Source of the DNA: Mobula hypostoma
Taxonomy: Eukaryota
Reading direction: 5' to 3'
DNA length: 64,000 bases
Assembly: GCF_963921235.1 (NCBI RefSeq)
Contig: NC_086118.1
Span: 21,888,001 to 21,952,000 of the forward strand
Below the pieces are notes generated by a model. It made no database searches, was not told where the DNA came from, and was given only the letters and a program-made list of their open reading frames with translations. The translations under genes and the position numbers were made by a program. Positions within the stretch are counted from its first letter, which is position 1, and the number at the start of each line of letters is the position of its first letter. Positions 51,645 to 64,000 of this stretch are shown here, piece after piece.

Positions 51645-51962
51645 TAGAGTCATAGAATCATAATGTATTACAGCACAGAAACAGGCTCTTTGGCCAACGA
51701 AGTCCGTGCTTACCATTCTTCTATCTAGTCCATTTACTTGCATCTGGACCATAGCTCTCCATAACTCTATCATCCATCCACCTACAGTATCTAAACCTCT
51801 TAATGTTAATGTTTCACACTTGCTCCAGCCTCTGAGTAGAGAAGTTATTCCCCCCCCCCACCAAGATTCCTCTTAATTAGTTCACCTTTCACTCTAAACC
51901 TATGACGTCTAGTTCTAGTCTCATCGAATCTGAGGGGAAAAGCCTGCATCCATTCAGCCTAT
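51645..51962 (-). mobile_element. CR1 LINE 3' fragment
   Basis: gagtcatagaatcata tail and acagcacagaaacaggctctttggcc 3' motif. Confidence 0.7.
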
Positions 51963-53748
51963 TGTTTAACTTTTCCATAGATTTCTTTCAACTGATTTTC
52001 TTGATTCTGTACTTTATAAGGACAAAAGTGAAACTTACATATTTTACACTATAGTAAATTCAAACATTAAGAATATTACAGCATGTTTGTTTTGACTCAG
52101 CGAGACATAATAGTTTGCCACGATTATTGTAGAATAATGAACTCACTCTCAGTTTTTCCAAAGGACCATAACAACTTTATTTCTCAAATTTCTGCCAACA
52201 ACAACTAACTAATCTACAGGGAAAAATACATAACCTAAGTTACTCCAGTTCTGACATTCTGAACAAGGATTTAATTGCAACATCTTTTGACAATCACATT
52301 AAGATCAAAAGCTGTAGACTCCCTTACCCAAATCTTCACCTCTCTGCCTCATTTGCCTTCTTTAAGATATTAATTAAATTGTAGTCTTTGATTAAGATTA
52401 TACCTTAACATATTCTATTATGACTCAGTTTTGGAGATGCTTTAATGATGCAACATGGGATATTTTACGACATAACTTTCCACTATAAATGTTGTACATT
52501 CCACCAAACGCATTGCATGTAACATGCTATGAATATATGAACAACTGTTAGAAATGGATATAGTCTGAAAATTTTTGAAAAAAAGTCTATCTTTCAAGTA
52601 GACTGGAAGATTAATTTTCATTTTCTAAATTATTTTATAAAGAAAGTATTCAAATCAATGGTTGGATCAATTTTCAATCAAATCAACATAATTTCAAACA
52701 AAATATCCAAGTTTCTTTAAAAGCACAGCATTGTACATTCCAATATGCTTCTTATTGTGTGAGCATCATTTGATGGAAGGAGCTAATAATTCTCATCTGG
52801 TTTGTCATTAACCTGAAATATTATACAGCTAAGATGTATGAAACTCATGCTTTATGCATCTATCTAATCTTTAAAATACCATGAAAGCTAAGGACTTTGA
52901 GTTGATCCTGGTATATAGTTGGGTAACGGATGGATTGAATTACATAGGAATATGCATTCCATCTGGTTAGTTCTAATATCTGAGAAAACCATGTCTTACA
53001 CCCCATTCACCATCTGTGCCAAATACCCATTCGTTTCTGTTCTTGATTACGAATAGACAAGATCTGCAAAATTCAACACTTGCAACCCTGGCCTGGAATC
53101 ATCTACAGGAGGATATGCCTTTTGAACAACCTGAACAGTAGCTTTACATAAAATATTCTTTTACCATAAAAGCACAATTGCATAGACATTGCTTGGGCTG
53201 AAATCAGTCTGTCCCCTCCCCCGTGTATCCAAGTTACCTGGTAGCAGAGATCCCAGTAAGAAGGTAACAGATGTATCTGTCTTTCTATAGCTACCCATTA
53301 AAGTTGCTCCTAAAATATTTCTCTGCTCCTTTATTTCTTGTTAACAATAGAGATGTCCTACTCATGGAAAGAGGATAGAAAGAGCAAATTCGTCTGATTT
53401 TGTTGTCACAATGTCAAAAAGCAATACCAGAAAGTTTTAAATCTATCTTCTGCTTCAGCAGCCATGGAATGCCATGAATTATGTATACATGTAAATGAGT
53501 TATGTATATAACTTAATAACATTATTGTATGAGTAATATAATCACATGTAATTACTAATCTGCATGTCCTCTGATATCTATGAATGTTTGATGCTGTGCT
53601 TATTAAATCTACAATTATGGCATTGGAGCCATCTTTCAATAGGTCACTGCAGTAATATTTCTTCCTTTTGTAGTTGATTGTATCGAAAGTATAAATAATA
53701 AATTCTGCCTTCCCTAAATTAATGCAAAACCTCATTCCTGATGGATGT

Positions 53749-53905
53749 AACACACATAAAAAATAGCTGGTGAACGCAGCAGGTCAGGCAGCATCTATAG
53801 GAAGAGGTACAGTACCTCTTCCTATAGATGCTGCCTGGCCTGCTGCGTTCACCAGCAATTTTTATGTGTGTTGCTTGAAATTCCACATCTGCAGGTTTCC
53901 TCCTG
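53749..53905. mobile_element. Penelope-derived hairpin element (MITE-like)
   Basis: ~62-bp inverted arms centred on 53811 plus family tail; 14-bp duplication ttcct(g/a)atggatgt (53735-53748 and 53906-53919). Confidence 0.88.
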
Positions 53906-54321
53906 TTCCTAATGGATGTGTCAGTTCTTCTGCTTGGTTAAACTGTTGTTACGTTTAACCCTATTTGTTTGTCAATTTCTTTTAAATGTCATAGATCACC
54001 TATCTGCCAAGTATCTTCCATTGCTCATATTCTTTTTTTAAGATTTTAGCAGAATTTTTAAGATATCATTCAGAATATATTCAGGGTTAAATAGGGGGTT
54101 ATGAAATCAATTTCAGAATACAAAAAATATGTTTAGTTTAACAGCTGATGTGAATCCCATGCATAGTCTCTGCTAATATGTAGATTACATTTTGTGCCAT
54201 TTAAAAAAATGTGATATGAAATTATAATTTTTCAGCCAATATTGCACTTGTTTTTTGTCAAACTGAAGAGGATACCCTGACCAATATTACAGCAGCTCTG
54301 TTATCTGTCATTCTGGGGGTT

Positions 54322-54682
54322 GGGATCTTATTGAAACCTATCGGATATTGAAAGGCCTAGACAGAGTGGATGTGGAGAGGATATTTCCTATAGTGGCTGC
54401 ATCCAGGACCAGAATGCACAGCCTCAGAACAGAGATGAAGAGGAATTTCTTTAACCAGAGTGTGGTAAGTGTATGGAATTTATTGCTATGGATGGCTGTG
54501 GAGTCCAAGTCACTGATTATATTTAAAACATAGGTTGATAGGTTCTGAATTAGTTAGGGCATCAAATGTCACAGAGAGAAAGCAGGAGCATGGGGTTGAA
54601 TCAGCCATGATGGAATAGCAGAGCAGACTTGATGGGCCGAAAGACCTAGTTCTGCTCCAATATCTCTTGGTCTTATGGTCTG
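54322..54682 (+). mobile_element. CR1 LINE 3' fragment
   Basis: ORF 54348-54533 KGLDRVDVERIFP..RNFFNQSVV; tail tcttggtcttatggtc. Confidence 0.85.
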
Positions 54683-55489
54683 ATGGCTTTGGAACCAGCT
54701 ACTGCTCACGCTCGCCACACTTACCTCATGGTGTCACAGACTTGCTTGTACTGTACTCTGTTGTGTACTCAGAACAGAATAGAATGGACAATGGAAAGCT
54801 GCCAGTGAGTAATTGCTGAGGTTTTCTGAAAAAAAACCTTATACAATCAGGAGAACCTAACAATGACTGCTTTATTCCCTAAATAAGAAAGTAACAATCA
54901 AAATGTTTGAAATCTCTGATGTCAAATAGCAAGTATAAAAGAAAATTAAAGAACTGAATTATTACATATTGATGTGAAAGTAAAGTTGGTCATTCAATGA
55001 AGTTTTATTATCATTGCTTATTGTTTGCACTATTGCCATTGCTTAATGTCTTCGGTGTTAGAAGATGGTGGGTTTCAGTTCAGCTATTGACTTTGAGATT
55101 ATAACCTATGTCAGGATTTAGAGCAAACATAAAAGAATTTTGCATTATTAGACTAAATGGGATAGACATTTAGTGCAATACCTTTAAGTTCAAAATAATA
55201 AATTTTCCTCCAATATTATCTCATCATTCTACCCACCACCCCTGCTCCTCCTTCTCTGTGATTAAAACCAACTAGTTTCCTTTTCCAATTCTGATAAAAG
55301 ACCATAGACTTGGAGTATTATCTATTCCTCTTTCCACAGATCTGATCTAACTGATCTGAGTCTTTCCAGCATTATTGGCTTTCGTTTCAGATATCCAGCA
55401 TCTCAGTTATTTTTGATTTTCATTTCCATTTGTAGCAAGACTCCTAAGGTATTATTACAAACTGCATTCTCATTGACTGAGCAATGGTG

Positions 55490-56050
55490 ATGTAAAGCCC
55501 GCTCACTGGCCTGCTGCTACTGTGTGGTCCAGAATCTCCAGAGGAGAAGGCCCCAAGTCCTCGGCTTTGCTTGTTGCTCGGCGTCCGGGGCGGGATCAAA
55601 GTGCTCGGCGGCCGGGGCAGGATTGAAGTGCTCGGCAGAGGATGGTGCTTGGAGAGGCTGTGTCGGAGGGGCTGGTCGGAGGCTCGAAGTTTTCGGACAG
55701 ACTCAGAGTCCGCTGCGGTCAGGTGCTTCCAATGGTGCTGCATCGGTGAGTTGGCGGCGCTTGGAGGTTCATGGCGGGGAGAGTTCCTCCCTTATGCTGC
55801 CTGCGTGGGATGATGAGTCTATCAGGACTTGGAGACTTTTTTTACCGTGCCCATGGTCTGCTCTTTATCAAATTATGGTATTGCTTTGCACTGTTGTAAC
55901 TATATGTTATAATTATGTAGTTTTGTCAGTTTTAGTCTTGGTTTGTCCTGTGTTTTCTTGTGATATCATTCTGGAGGAACGTGGTATCATTTTTTAATGC
56001 ATGCATTTCTAAACGACAATAAACGAGGACTGAGTGTCCTCATAATCTAA
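55490..56050 (+). mobile_element. Non-autonomous retroposon, same family as 7003-7630
   Basis: Colinear with the reverse complement of ~7003-7480; CpG-rich head with an internal 27-bp tandem duplication. Confidence 0.7.
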
Positions 56051-56489
56051 TATGAGCAAAATGGCAATACTCAGTAAACAGCTTGGATGCACTTGGCAAA
56101 CCGGTGAGTTGTAAGGTTTTAATTTTTTTTCCTGATCAACATTTTTTAAGTGAAATAATTTTGCTGTAGGCCAAGAGTACTGTAATGGATCTGTGGAGTG
56201 GTATCAAACAGGGTATCAGTGCGTTCTCTATTTCTTTGACATTTATGACGTGTTTCATTATTTTAAGGGTTCACCTCATAAGTACCAGCACCTGTCGCTG
56301 TATGTTCTACACACTGCCAAATGGATGATGCCTCCACTGAAGGATTAAGATCATAATTTTGCTACTGCAAAATAATGCATGTTACTCCTCAATTAAGTCA
56401 TGGAAAGTAATCAATTTAGATGAGGAATTTTTGTAAAATGAATTCCCATGTAATTTGTGATCTTGCTAAATGCTACTATGTCCAAACTT

Positions 56490-57857
56490 GGTAAGGCTAT
56501 AAACTAACACATCCCAAGGATTTGATGACCTACATCGAATCCTACTTCAGTGTTTTGAAAGACTCATAAAGAAAGTGGTTATCAGCTTCTAAAATTCTAT
56601 CAATTCTGGAAATGGTTCTGTGGATTGAAAGGTAGCAAATTTGACCGTTCTTTTTTTTTAAAAAGGCAGATGTAACAGGGAATTGTTGACCTGTTGGCTA
56701 AATAACTAAAATGAGAAAATCTGAAAATGAGCAAAATCAGCATTGACTATATTTTAGGAAAATTACATTTAGGTCATGTGTTTGCGTGCTTTGGGGACGT
56801 AACTTACAAATAGATATGTAGACAACCACACGAGAGGTTAGTCATGAAGATTTGTGCACATAAAATTGAAGTAACCATACTGAAATGAACTGAAAACTGG
56901 TTAATAGATGTTAAAAAAAACAGAAATAGTGCATATACTGTTGATCTTCCACAGACTGGTCAGCTGTGACCAGTGGAGTATCACAGGAATCAGTGCCTAG
57001 ACCCCAGCTGTTCATGACCTATAGCAACTACTAAGCTGAGGCAACCAAATGTTGTAATTCCAGGTTTGCTCATGATGCAAAGATATATGGGACTGTGATT
57101 TGGGAAGATAATGTTAAAGGGCTTCAAAGGATAGGCAAGTTGAATAAGTGGCCAAGAATATAATGTGGAGAAATATGAAATTATGCAGTTTGATGTACAA
57201 AACAGAGAAGCAGAGTTATTTTTAAATGGTGATAAAATTGGTATAGTTGATGTTTAAAGCAATGTAGGCATCACTGAGAGCCAATGTGCATATGATTAGG
57301 AATGCAAATGGTCTGTTGACTTTTATTAAGAGAGAGCTTGATTAAAGTAGTAAAGAGATTTAACTATAATTATATCCAGCATTGGCTGCACGTGGATTTT
57401 TGTGCGTAGGTTTGGTTTCTTCACCTAAAAAAAGAGAAATACATCATAGAGGTCATTGAATATTCAGTAAATTGGTTCTACGGATGATAGTTGCGCTATG
57501 TGGGGAGAAATTGAGTAGACTATTCCTTTATGCTCTGGAGTTTAGAAGAACAAGCAGAGATCTTACCAAAACTTACAGAACTCAAAGACAGACCAACGGG
57601 CTAGTGCAGGGAGAAGTGTAGGCCATTCAGGATTGACACAAAAATCATGCAAAGATTGGTGGTCTTGGAACTCTCAGCTGCTGAGTCCAGTCAAAATAAG
57701 AAGTGATAGATTTCAGAGTACTGTATTAAAGGAATCAGATGGTATAGGGATAGTGCTGGAAAATAGGGTTGAGCAAGAGGAATAGCTATGATTTCTGAAG
57801 AAGGACAAGGCAAGTTAGAAGGGGAAGCCTATTCAGTCTCCTTTTCATATGTTCTTA
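56490..57857 (+). mobile_element. Old degraded CR1 ORF2 and 3' end
   Basis: VTSGVSQESVL (~56965), FAHDAK (~57065) and LYALEFRR (~57525) remnants. Confidence 0.7.
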
Positions 57858-59084
57858 AATTATTCATTCATGAAACATTTAACATACGTAATTTTGTGAA
57901 ATTCATGGAGAATTTTATTTGAAACTTGATTGTTAAGCAGAACCATGTCTACAGTACACATGTAATACTCCTTTGAAAATTCATTTTGAGATCTCTCAAC
58001 ATAGCCTAGTTATCAAGGGGCAGAGTGTTGTTTTGTGTTTTGACTCTGATGAATGGTAGGACCATTCCTGCTGAAACCAACAGTTACTGGAATGGAGCTC
58101 TCCTTTGGCACTAAGGAAAGATAAACTAGCTTGTTTTGCTGCTGTGGAAAGCTTGTTGAAGCATTCATGTTTAAGTATTTTTAAAATGTTTATAGACACC
58201 ATTTTTCCTCTACGGCTTCCCTCTTGTCTTTTGTGAGTCCACTCATTTGTCCATCTGTCCTGGTCACCTCATTGGCCTGCTCATGTCTCCTACCTATTCT
58301 CCGATCCTTAAAGCTGCTTGATCTCATGTCTGACATTCATTCTTTTCTTTTGGTATCTCCCTTTGTCACTGATCATCCAGTTACAGGCTTTATGCTCTTA
58401 ACCTCAGCCTTCCATGCTGGTTCCACAATGGTGGAAGGTGGCAGGAAAAAAAATGATTGTATGCATATACGTGTACGTGGTCAATCTGTCAGCACACGCG
58501 TATCGTGAATGGAAGAATTTTTGTTCTTTTTTCTCTTTTTCCCTATTCCAAAGGAAGTTAATTCAGTGCTTACTGCATCATATTATTACACCACTATGGT
58601 ATTCCACTGTTCATGCTACTTACTATCAATAATTTAATATCAGCCCCTCTTCCAGGGTTATAGCGATGCTAAGGTGATCCTGGACACAAGGTATCTCTGG
58701 TTACAGTGGAGGCTTTCTGGGACTCATGGGCACCACAATACTTGAGTGCATTCTGGACTGTTATAATTCTGAGCCTCAGACAAAAGTGACATTGGAGCTC
58801 CCAACCTGTATTGTTAATGCATACTTATTGGTCTGGGAGTATTTTTAGGCCAATATATTTCATAAGAACAAGCATGGACCATCAAGTCCCAAACCTTCAA
58901 ACTCTACAAATAAAGTTTCTCAATAGGTTAACATATCCTTTGTTTCTCTTAATGCTCAAAAATCCATCAATCACAGCATTGAAAGTACATACGAATATGC
59001 AAATTAAGAACATGATTAGCTGCTAGGCTCACAAACATGGTAAGCTCTTCAAAAAGATTATGGTTGATCTGATTCTAAACTCAT

Positions 59085-59260
59085 TTCCATCAGATCATAT
59101 CTAAAGTGTAGGTTGATAGGTTCCTGATTTGTAAGGGTATCAAAGGTTATGGGGAGAAGGCAGGAGAATGAGATTGAGAGGGATAATAAATCAGACATGA
59201 TGGAATAGCAAAGCAGAATCAATGGACTTAATGGCCTAATTCTGCTCATATATCTTATGA
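59085..59260 (+). mobile_element. CR1 LINE 3' tip
   Basis: GIKGYGEKAGE-coding sequence and aatggcctaattctgctc...tcttatg end. Confidence 0.8.
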
Positions 59261-59589
59261 TTAGTCATGATCTCATCAAACACTTAACCATTGAACATCT
59301 TCAACCCTTTGGAACAGCAAAATCCAAAAGCTCACAATTCATTCAGTAAAGAAGTGATTGACCCAATGCTTCTGCTGAAGAATTCACTTAAGATTATTAG
59401 AAAGAGAACAAGTCATATAATTTGCACTGCTTTAGAAGAATGTCCTCGAATGTATGTTTAATTCTCCTACATCAGGATGTAATTCTCTGAACTTACATTA
59501 AGTGAAAATTCAATATATGCTGTATATCTAAATCACATTTTTATGGAGTTAGCTGTGGTCATAAACATATTGATTATGGGGCAAGAATT

Positions 59590-62578
59590 GTTTGTGGGTC
59601 AAGAATTTCTCCACCCGCACCGATGACCCCTTATCCCATCTCCAACCCTCCTCCTCTTCTTTGGCAGCCTACTCTGGTTATCTGTCTGCTTTGGATTTTT
59701 TCATCTCTAGTTGCTGACAAGACATCAGCTGGCTGAACTTCACGACTCCTCTCTCTCTTCCTTGAACCTTATCCAATCTGAATGCACTGCCTTCCAATCT
59801 CTCTGCACCAATCTCAAACTTATCTTCAAACCTGCAGACAAAGGGGGTGCTATTGTAGTGTGGCGGACTGACCGTCACATTGCTGAGGCCAGATAGCAAC
59901 TTTCAGACAGCTCCTCCTGCCTTGAAAAGCACCCTATCTTGGGCCATCAGACCTCTGTTTCCCACACCATCACTAACCCCATGAGCTCTGGAGATCTCCC
60001 ATCCTCTGCTACCAACATTATAGTTCCTTTACTCTGCACTGCTCATTTCTACCTCCTACCCAAGATCCACAAACCTGACTGTTCAGTTAGGGCCATTATC
60101 TCTGCCTGCTCTGACCCCTTTGAACTCATGTCCGCTTACCTCGACTCCATTCTATTCCCCTTGGTCCAGTTCCTTCCCCCCCCCCCCCCCTTCATCGGTG
60201 AAACTTCACATGCTCTCGATTTCCTCAACAACTTTGAAATCCCTGGCCCTGGTAGCCTCATTTTCAACGTGGATGTCCAGTCTCCAAACACTTTTATCTG
60301 CAATCAAGAAGGCCTTAAAGTTATCTGCTTCTTTCTCAAAAAAATATCCATCCAGTTCCCCTCCATCACCACTCTCCTTCATCTGAGAGAACTGGTCCTC
60401 ACCTTCAACAATTTCTTCTTCGTATCCCCCCATTTTCTCCAAACTCAAATGGCTGTCATAGGCATCGACTTGGGTTCCAGCTATGCCTGCCTTTTCGTTG
60501 GCTAGGTGGAAAAGTCCATGTTGCAAGCTATAACCATATAACAACCATATAACAATTACAGCATAGCAACAGGTCATCTCGGCCCTTCTAGTCCGTGCCG
60601 AACTCTTACTCTCACCTAATCCCACCGACCTGCACTCAGCCCATAACCCTCCATTCCTTTCCTGTCCATATAACTGTCCAATTTAACTTTAAATGACAAC
60701 ATCGAACCTGCCTCAACCACTTCTGCTGGAAGCTCGTTCCACACAGCTACCACTCTCTGAGTAAAGAAGCTCCCCTTCATGTTACCCCTAAACTTTTGCT
60801 CTTTAACTTTCAACTCATGTCTTCTTGTTTGAATCTCCCTCACTCTCAATGGAAAAAGCCTATCCACGTCAACTCTATCCATCCCCCTCATAATTTTAAA
60901 TACCTCTATCAAGTCTCCCTCAACCTTCTACACTCCAAAGAGTAAAGACCCAACTTGTTCAACCTTTCTCTGTAACTTAGGTGATGAAACCCAGGTAAAA
61001 TTCTGGTAAATCTTCTCTGTACTCTCTCAATTTTGTTGACATCTTTCCTATAATTCGGTGATTATAGGCTTTCTTGGTAATGTTCCTTAACTCTTTCTGA
61101 GCTGTATTGATGACTGCATTGGTATGGCTTCATGTGCCCATTCTGGACTTGTTAATGATATCAATTTACCTCCAACTTCCACCCTGCCTTTAAATTCACT
61201 TGGTCCATTGGTTTACTTGGGGACAATTCTCTCCCCTTTCTTGATGTCTTTGTCTCCATCTCTGGAGACAAACTGTCTACTGACATCTTTTATACACCTA
61301 CTGATTCCCAGGGCTACCTTGACTATATCTCTACTCACCCTGTCTCTTGTAAAAATCCTATTCCTTTTCTCAGTTCCTTTATCTCCATCACATCTGATGA
61401 GGGAAAGGCTTTCATTTATAGGACATCAGAGATGATCTCATTCTTCAAAGAACAGATGTTCTCATTCGTCCTCTATCTTTGACACTGCTCTTACCTGCTT
61501 CTCCTCCATTTCCGGGACAATTGCACTCATCCTATATCCTCACTCACCCCATCTTCCTGCTGCTTTCCCAGGAATAGAATTCCTCTTCTCCTCACCTACC
61601 ATCGCATGAGCTTCTGAATCCAACACATCATTCTTCACAACTTTCGCCTTCTTCAACAGGATCCTATCACCAAGCACACCTTTATCTCCCCCTCTGCAGT
61701 CTTTGCTTTCTGCAGGGATCACTCCCTCCATGATTCCCTTGTCCATTAGTCCTTTCCCACTAATCACTCTCCTGACACATATTCCTGCAAGCAACAGAGA
61801 TGCTACACCTTCCCATTCACCTCCTCCCTCACTTCCATTCAGGACTCCAAACTGTTCTTCCAGACGAGGCAACTTTTCACTTGCCAATCAGCTGAGGTCA
61901 TCTATTGTATCCAGTGCTCCTGATGCAGCCTCTTGTACATTGGCGAGACCCAACGTAAATTGGAGGACTGCTTTGGCGAGCACCTTCGCTCCATCCACCA
62001 AAAGCAGAATGTACCAGTGTCCAACCATATTAAATCCTATTCCCAATCCTGTTCTGGCATGTCGGTCCATGTCTTCATCCTCTGCCACAATGAACCAACT
62101 CTCAAGGTGGGGGAGCAAAATGTCTAGGTAGCCTCCAACTCAATGGCATGAATATCCATTTCGCCTCTGGTAATTTATTTTCTTCTTTTTCTTTTCTTTT
62201 ATTCTTTCCCCTCCCCTTCTCTCTTCTCTGTTTCCCACTCTGGCCTCTTAACTCTTCTCTTCACCTGCTTATCATCTCCTTCCTTCTCCTCTTTCTCCCA
62301 TAGTCTGCTCTGTTCTCCTGTCAGATTCCTTCTTCTCCAGACTTTTACCTTTCCCACCCAACTGGCTTCACCTATCACCTTCTAGTTTTGACCTCCCTCC
62401 CCTCCCCTACCTTTTTATTCTGGCGTTTTCCCCTTTTCTTTCCAATCCTGATGAAGGGTCTCAGCTCAAAACATGGACAGTTTATTCATTCCCATAGATC
62501 TGCAAGACTTGCTGAGTTCTTCCAGCATTTTGTGTGGTTGCTCTGGATTTCCAGCATCTGCAGATTCATTTGTGTTCA
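59590..62578 (+). mobile_element. Long degraded Penelope-like element (RT, GIY-YIG, terminal repeat)
   Basis: IFKPADKGGAIVVW, FYLLPKIHKP, GSSYACLFVG, FLSCIDDCIG (~61095), YIGETQRKLEDCFGEHL; decayed hammerhead at ~62444-62480; many stops and frameshifts. Confidence 0.9.
60531..61061 (-). mobile_element. Young CR1 3' fragment nested in the Penelope RT
   Basis: ORF 60616-60912 (FFTQRVVAVWNELP..GYG) and (gttatatggtt)-type tail at 60531. Confidence 0.9.
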
Positions 62579-64000
62579 TAAGCATATTTTCTGGGGAAAA
62601 ATAGAAGTCTATTCACAGATCACATTTAATTGTTCCAACTTAGAATTTTGGATTTAATAGTTTTTCTGACCAAAGAAACAATATCACAGAGTGTGAATTC
62701 CATCAGGCATTTAACCCGCTGAAGTAGACTAAAGCACCTTTATTCAAAACATTATGTTGGCTTTCTGCTTTCAATAGCAGCAACAATGCCAATAAAAAAA
62801 TGCAAGTACATCCAAGATTTTTACTGCACTTGCTTGATGAAGTTTCCTGTAAAGTGGATCCAGATTTTCTTTGAGAGAATCCAAGTGAATAGCTAATCTG
62901 TTAGCACGTGACCATCATGTTGAACACTGTGGTGGTTGAGGGAGTTGAAGAAGGGATGGGTGCAGGGGTCATGAAAAATCCAATTGTCGTCACCAAAACA
63001 AACACAAAACAAAGGTCCCATTTGGAACAGCTGTAAGACATTGCTTAAGAATCTGTCAAAAATAAAACTGAAAGTATGTTCCCACTACATTTTCCTTTGC
63101 CCTCCTATATTCCCCCAGATCGTCTGGAAATTCATGTTGGAACTGATGTGGGAGTTAGGCTGGATTATCCTGAAATGGGAGGATTGGATCAGGCTGGAGT
63201 TCCTAAACTGAAGACTGCTCATCACCTTGGCTAGCCACTAATACCTTTGCAAACCTCATGCAACAGTGCTGGTGAACTAGGCTGAGGAGATATTAGATTC
63301 CAATCACGCCGATTTGACATATAATTTAACTCCAGGATCTTTAAGAAAGTGGTTGTGTTATTGTGCAATTTAAAGGAAAACCATCAAACCAGAAGATACC
63401 TGCTTCTGTTGTTTCAATGACCATTGTATCTCCATATAAATATTAGGATTTTCTGCTGCTCAAGGCTCTTCTTTCTCATTGGATCATTTTCCAATGTCTG
63501 AAGAGGGAAAAATGAAGCAGGAAGTAATAACTAGTTATTAGATGCTTCCTCGTTTTGCACATTTTATACTTGAGAAAATCATTTTTTATTTCCATTGAAG
63601 TGTTCACGGAAGTAGAAAAAAGAAACCTATCCATAGACATTTGCTTCAACAATTTCCTTACATTCTATAATTAGCACATACATTTTCTAAATCTCTGAGC
63701 AACATGGCCTCCAGTAAATCTTTTACCCAGGCACTATCATTCACACAGCATCAACCAATTCCCTTATGGCTGCAAAAGCATAGACCCACATTCGTCAGTG
63801 GTGCTAAAGCGTATTAATTTATGGTCTTGGCTACAAAATGGAGGCAGAGCAGGAAGGGATAATCAAGCTCAGACTAGGAATTTATCAGGACTTTAAAAAA
63901 AGCATGTTGGGTTCTGTTTTAGGAGTTATACCATTTCCAGAATAGCTGCAGATGTGTCGTGCCCAGTATCCAATAGTTTGACTGCACCTATATACTGTAC

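Noticed and set aside
60177..60190. Poly-C tract giving PPPPP in an ORF
   Set aside because: Homopolymer expansion inside a dead element
1..64000. Host protein-coding exons among the ORF-track entries
   Set aside because: Recognisable peptides are all transposon-derived. The rest are short, low-complexity or antisense to repeats. Small exons cannot be excluded without RNA data.

Overview
Eukaryotic, AT-rich, transposon-dense non-coding DNA, either intronic or intergenic. The repeat set (CR1, Rex1/Babar, RTE, Tx1 and Penelope retroelements, V-domain and Deu-domain SINEs, a Tc1 derivative, Gypsy-type LTRs) points to a cartilaginous fish, probably a ray; this is inference from family recognition, not a database hit. 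I found no host exon, rRNA, genuine tRNA or CRISPR array. Every ORF I could recognise is a transposon remnant. The most notable structure is a Penelope-like family whose terminal repeat carries a minimal hammerhead ribozyme (intact at 49716-49751 on - and 50573-50608 on +). It inserts as a TSD-flanked palindrome and appears here at successive stages of apparent collapse: about 1.05 kb, a 157-bp hairpin and a 51-bp tail-only scar. Several multi-layer nested insertions can be reconstructed. Hammerheads in Penelope elements are already known, so I cannot support a wholly new biological system. Family names come from recalled motifs and boundaries of old copies are approximate.
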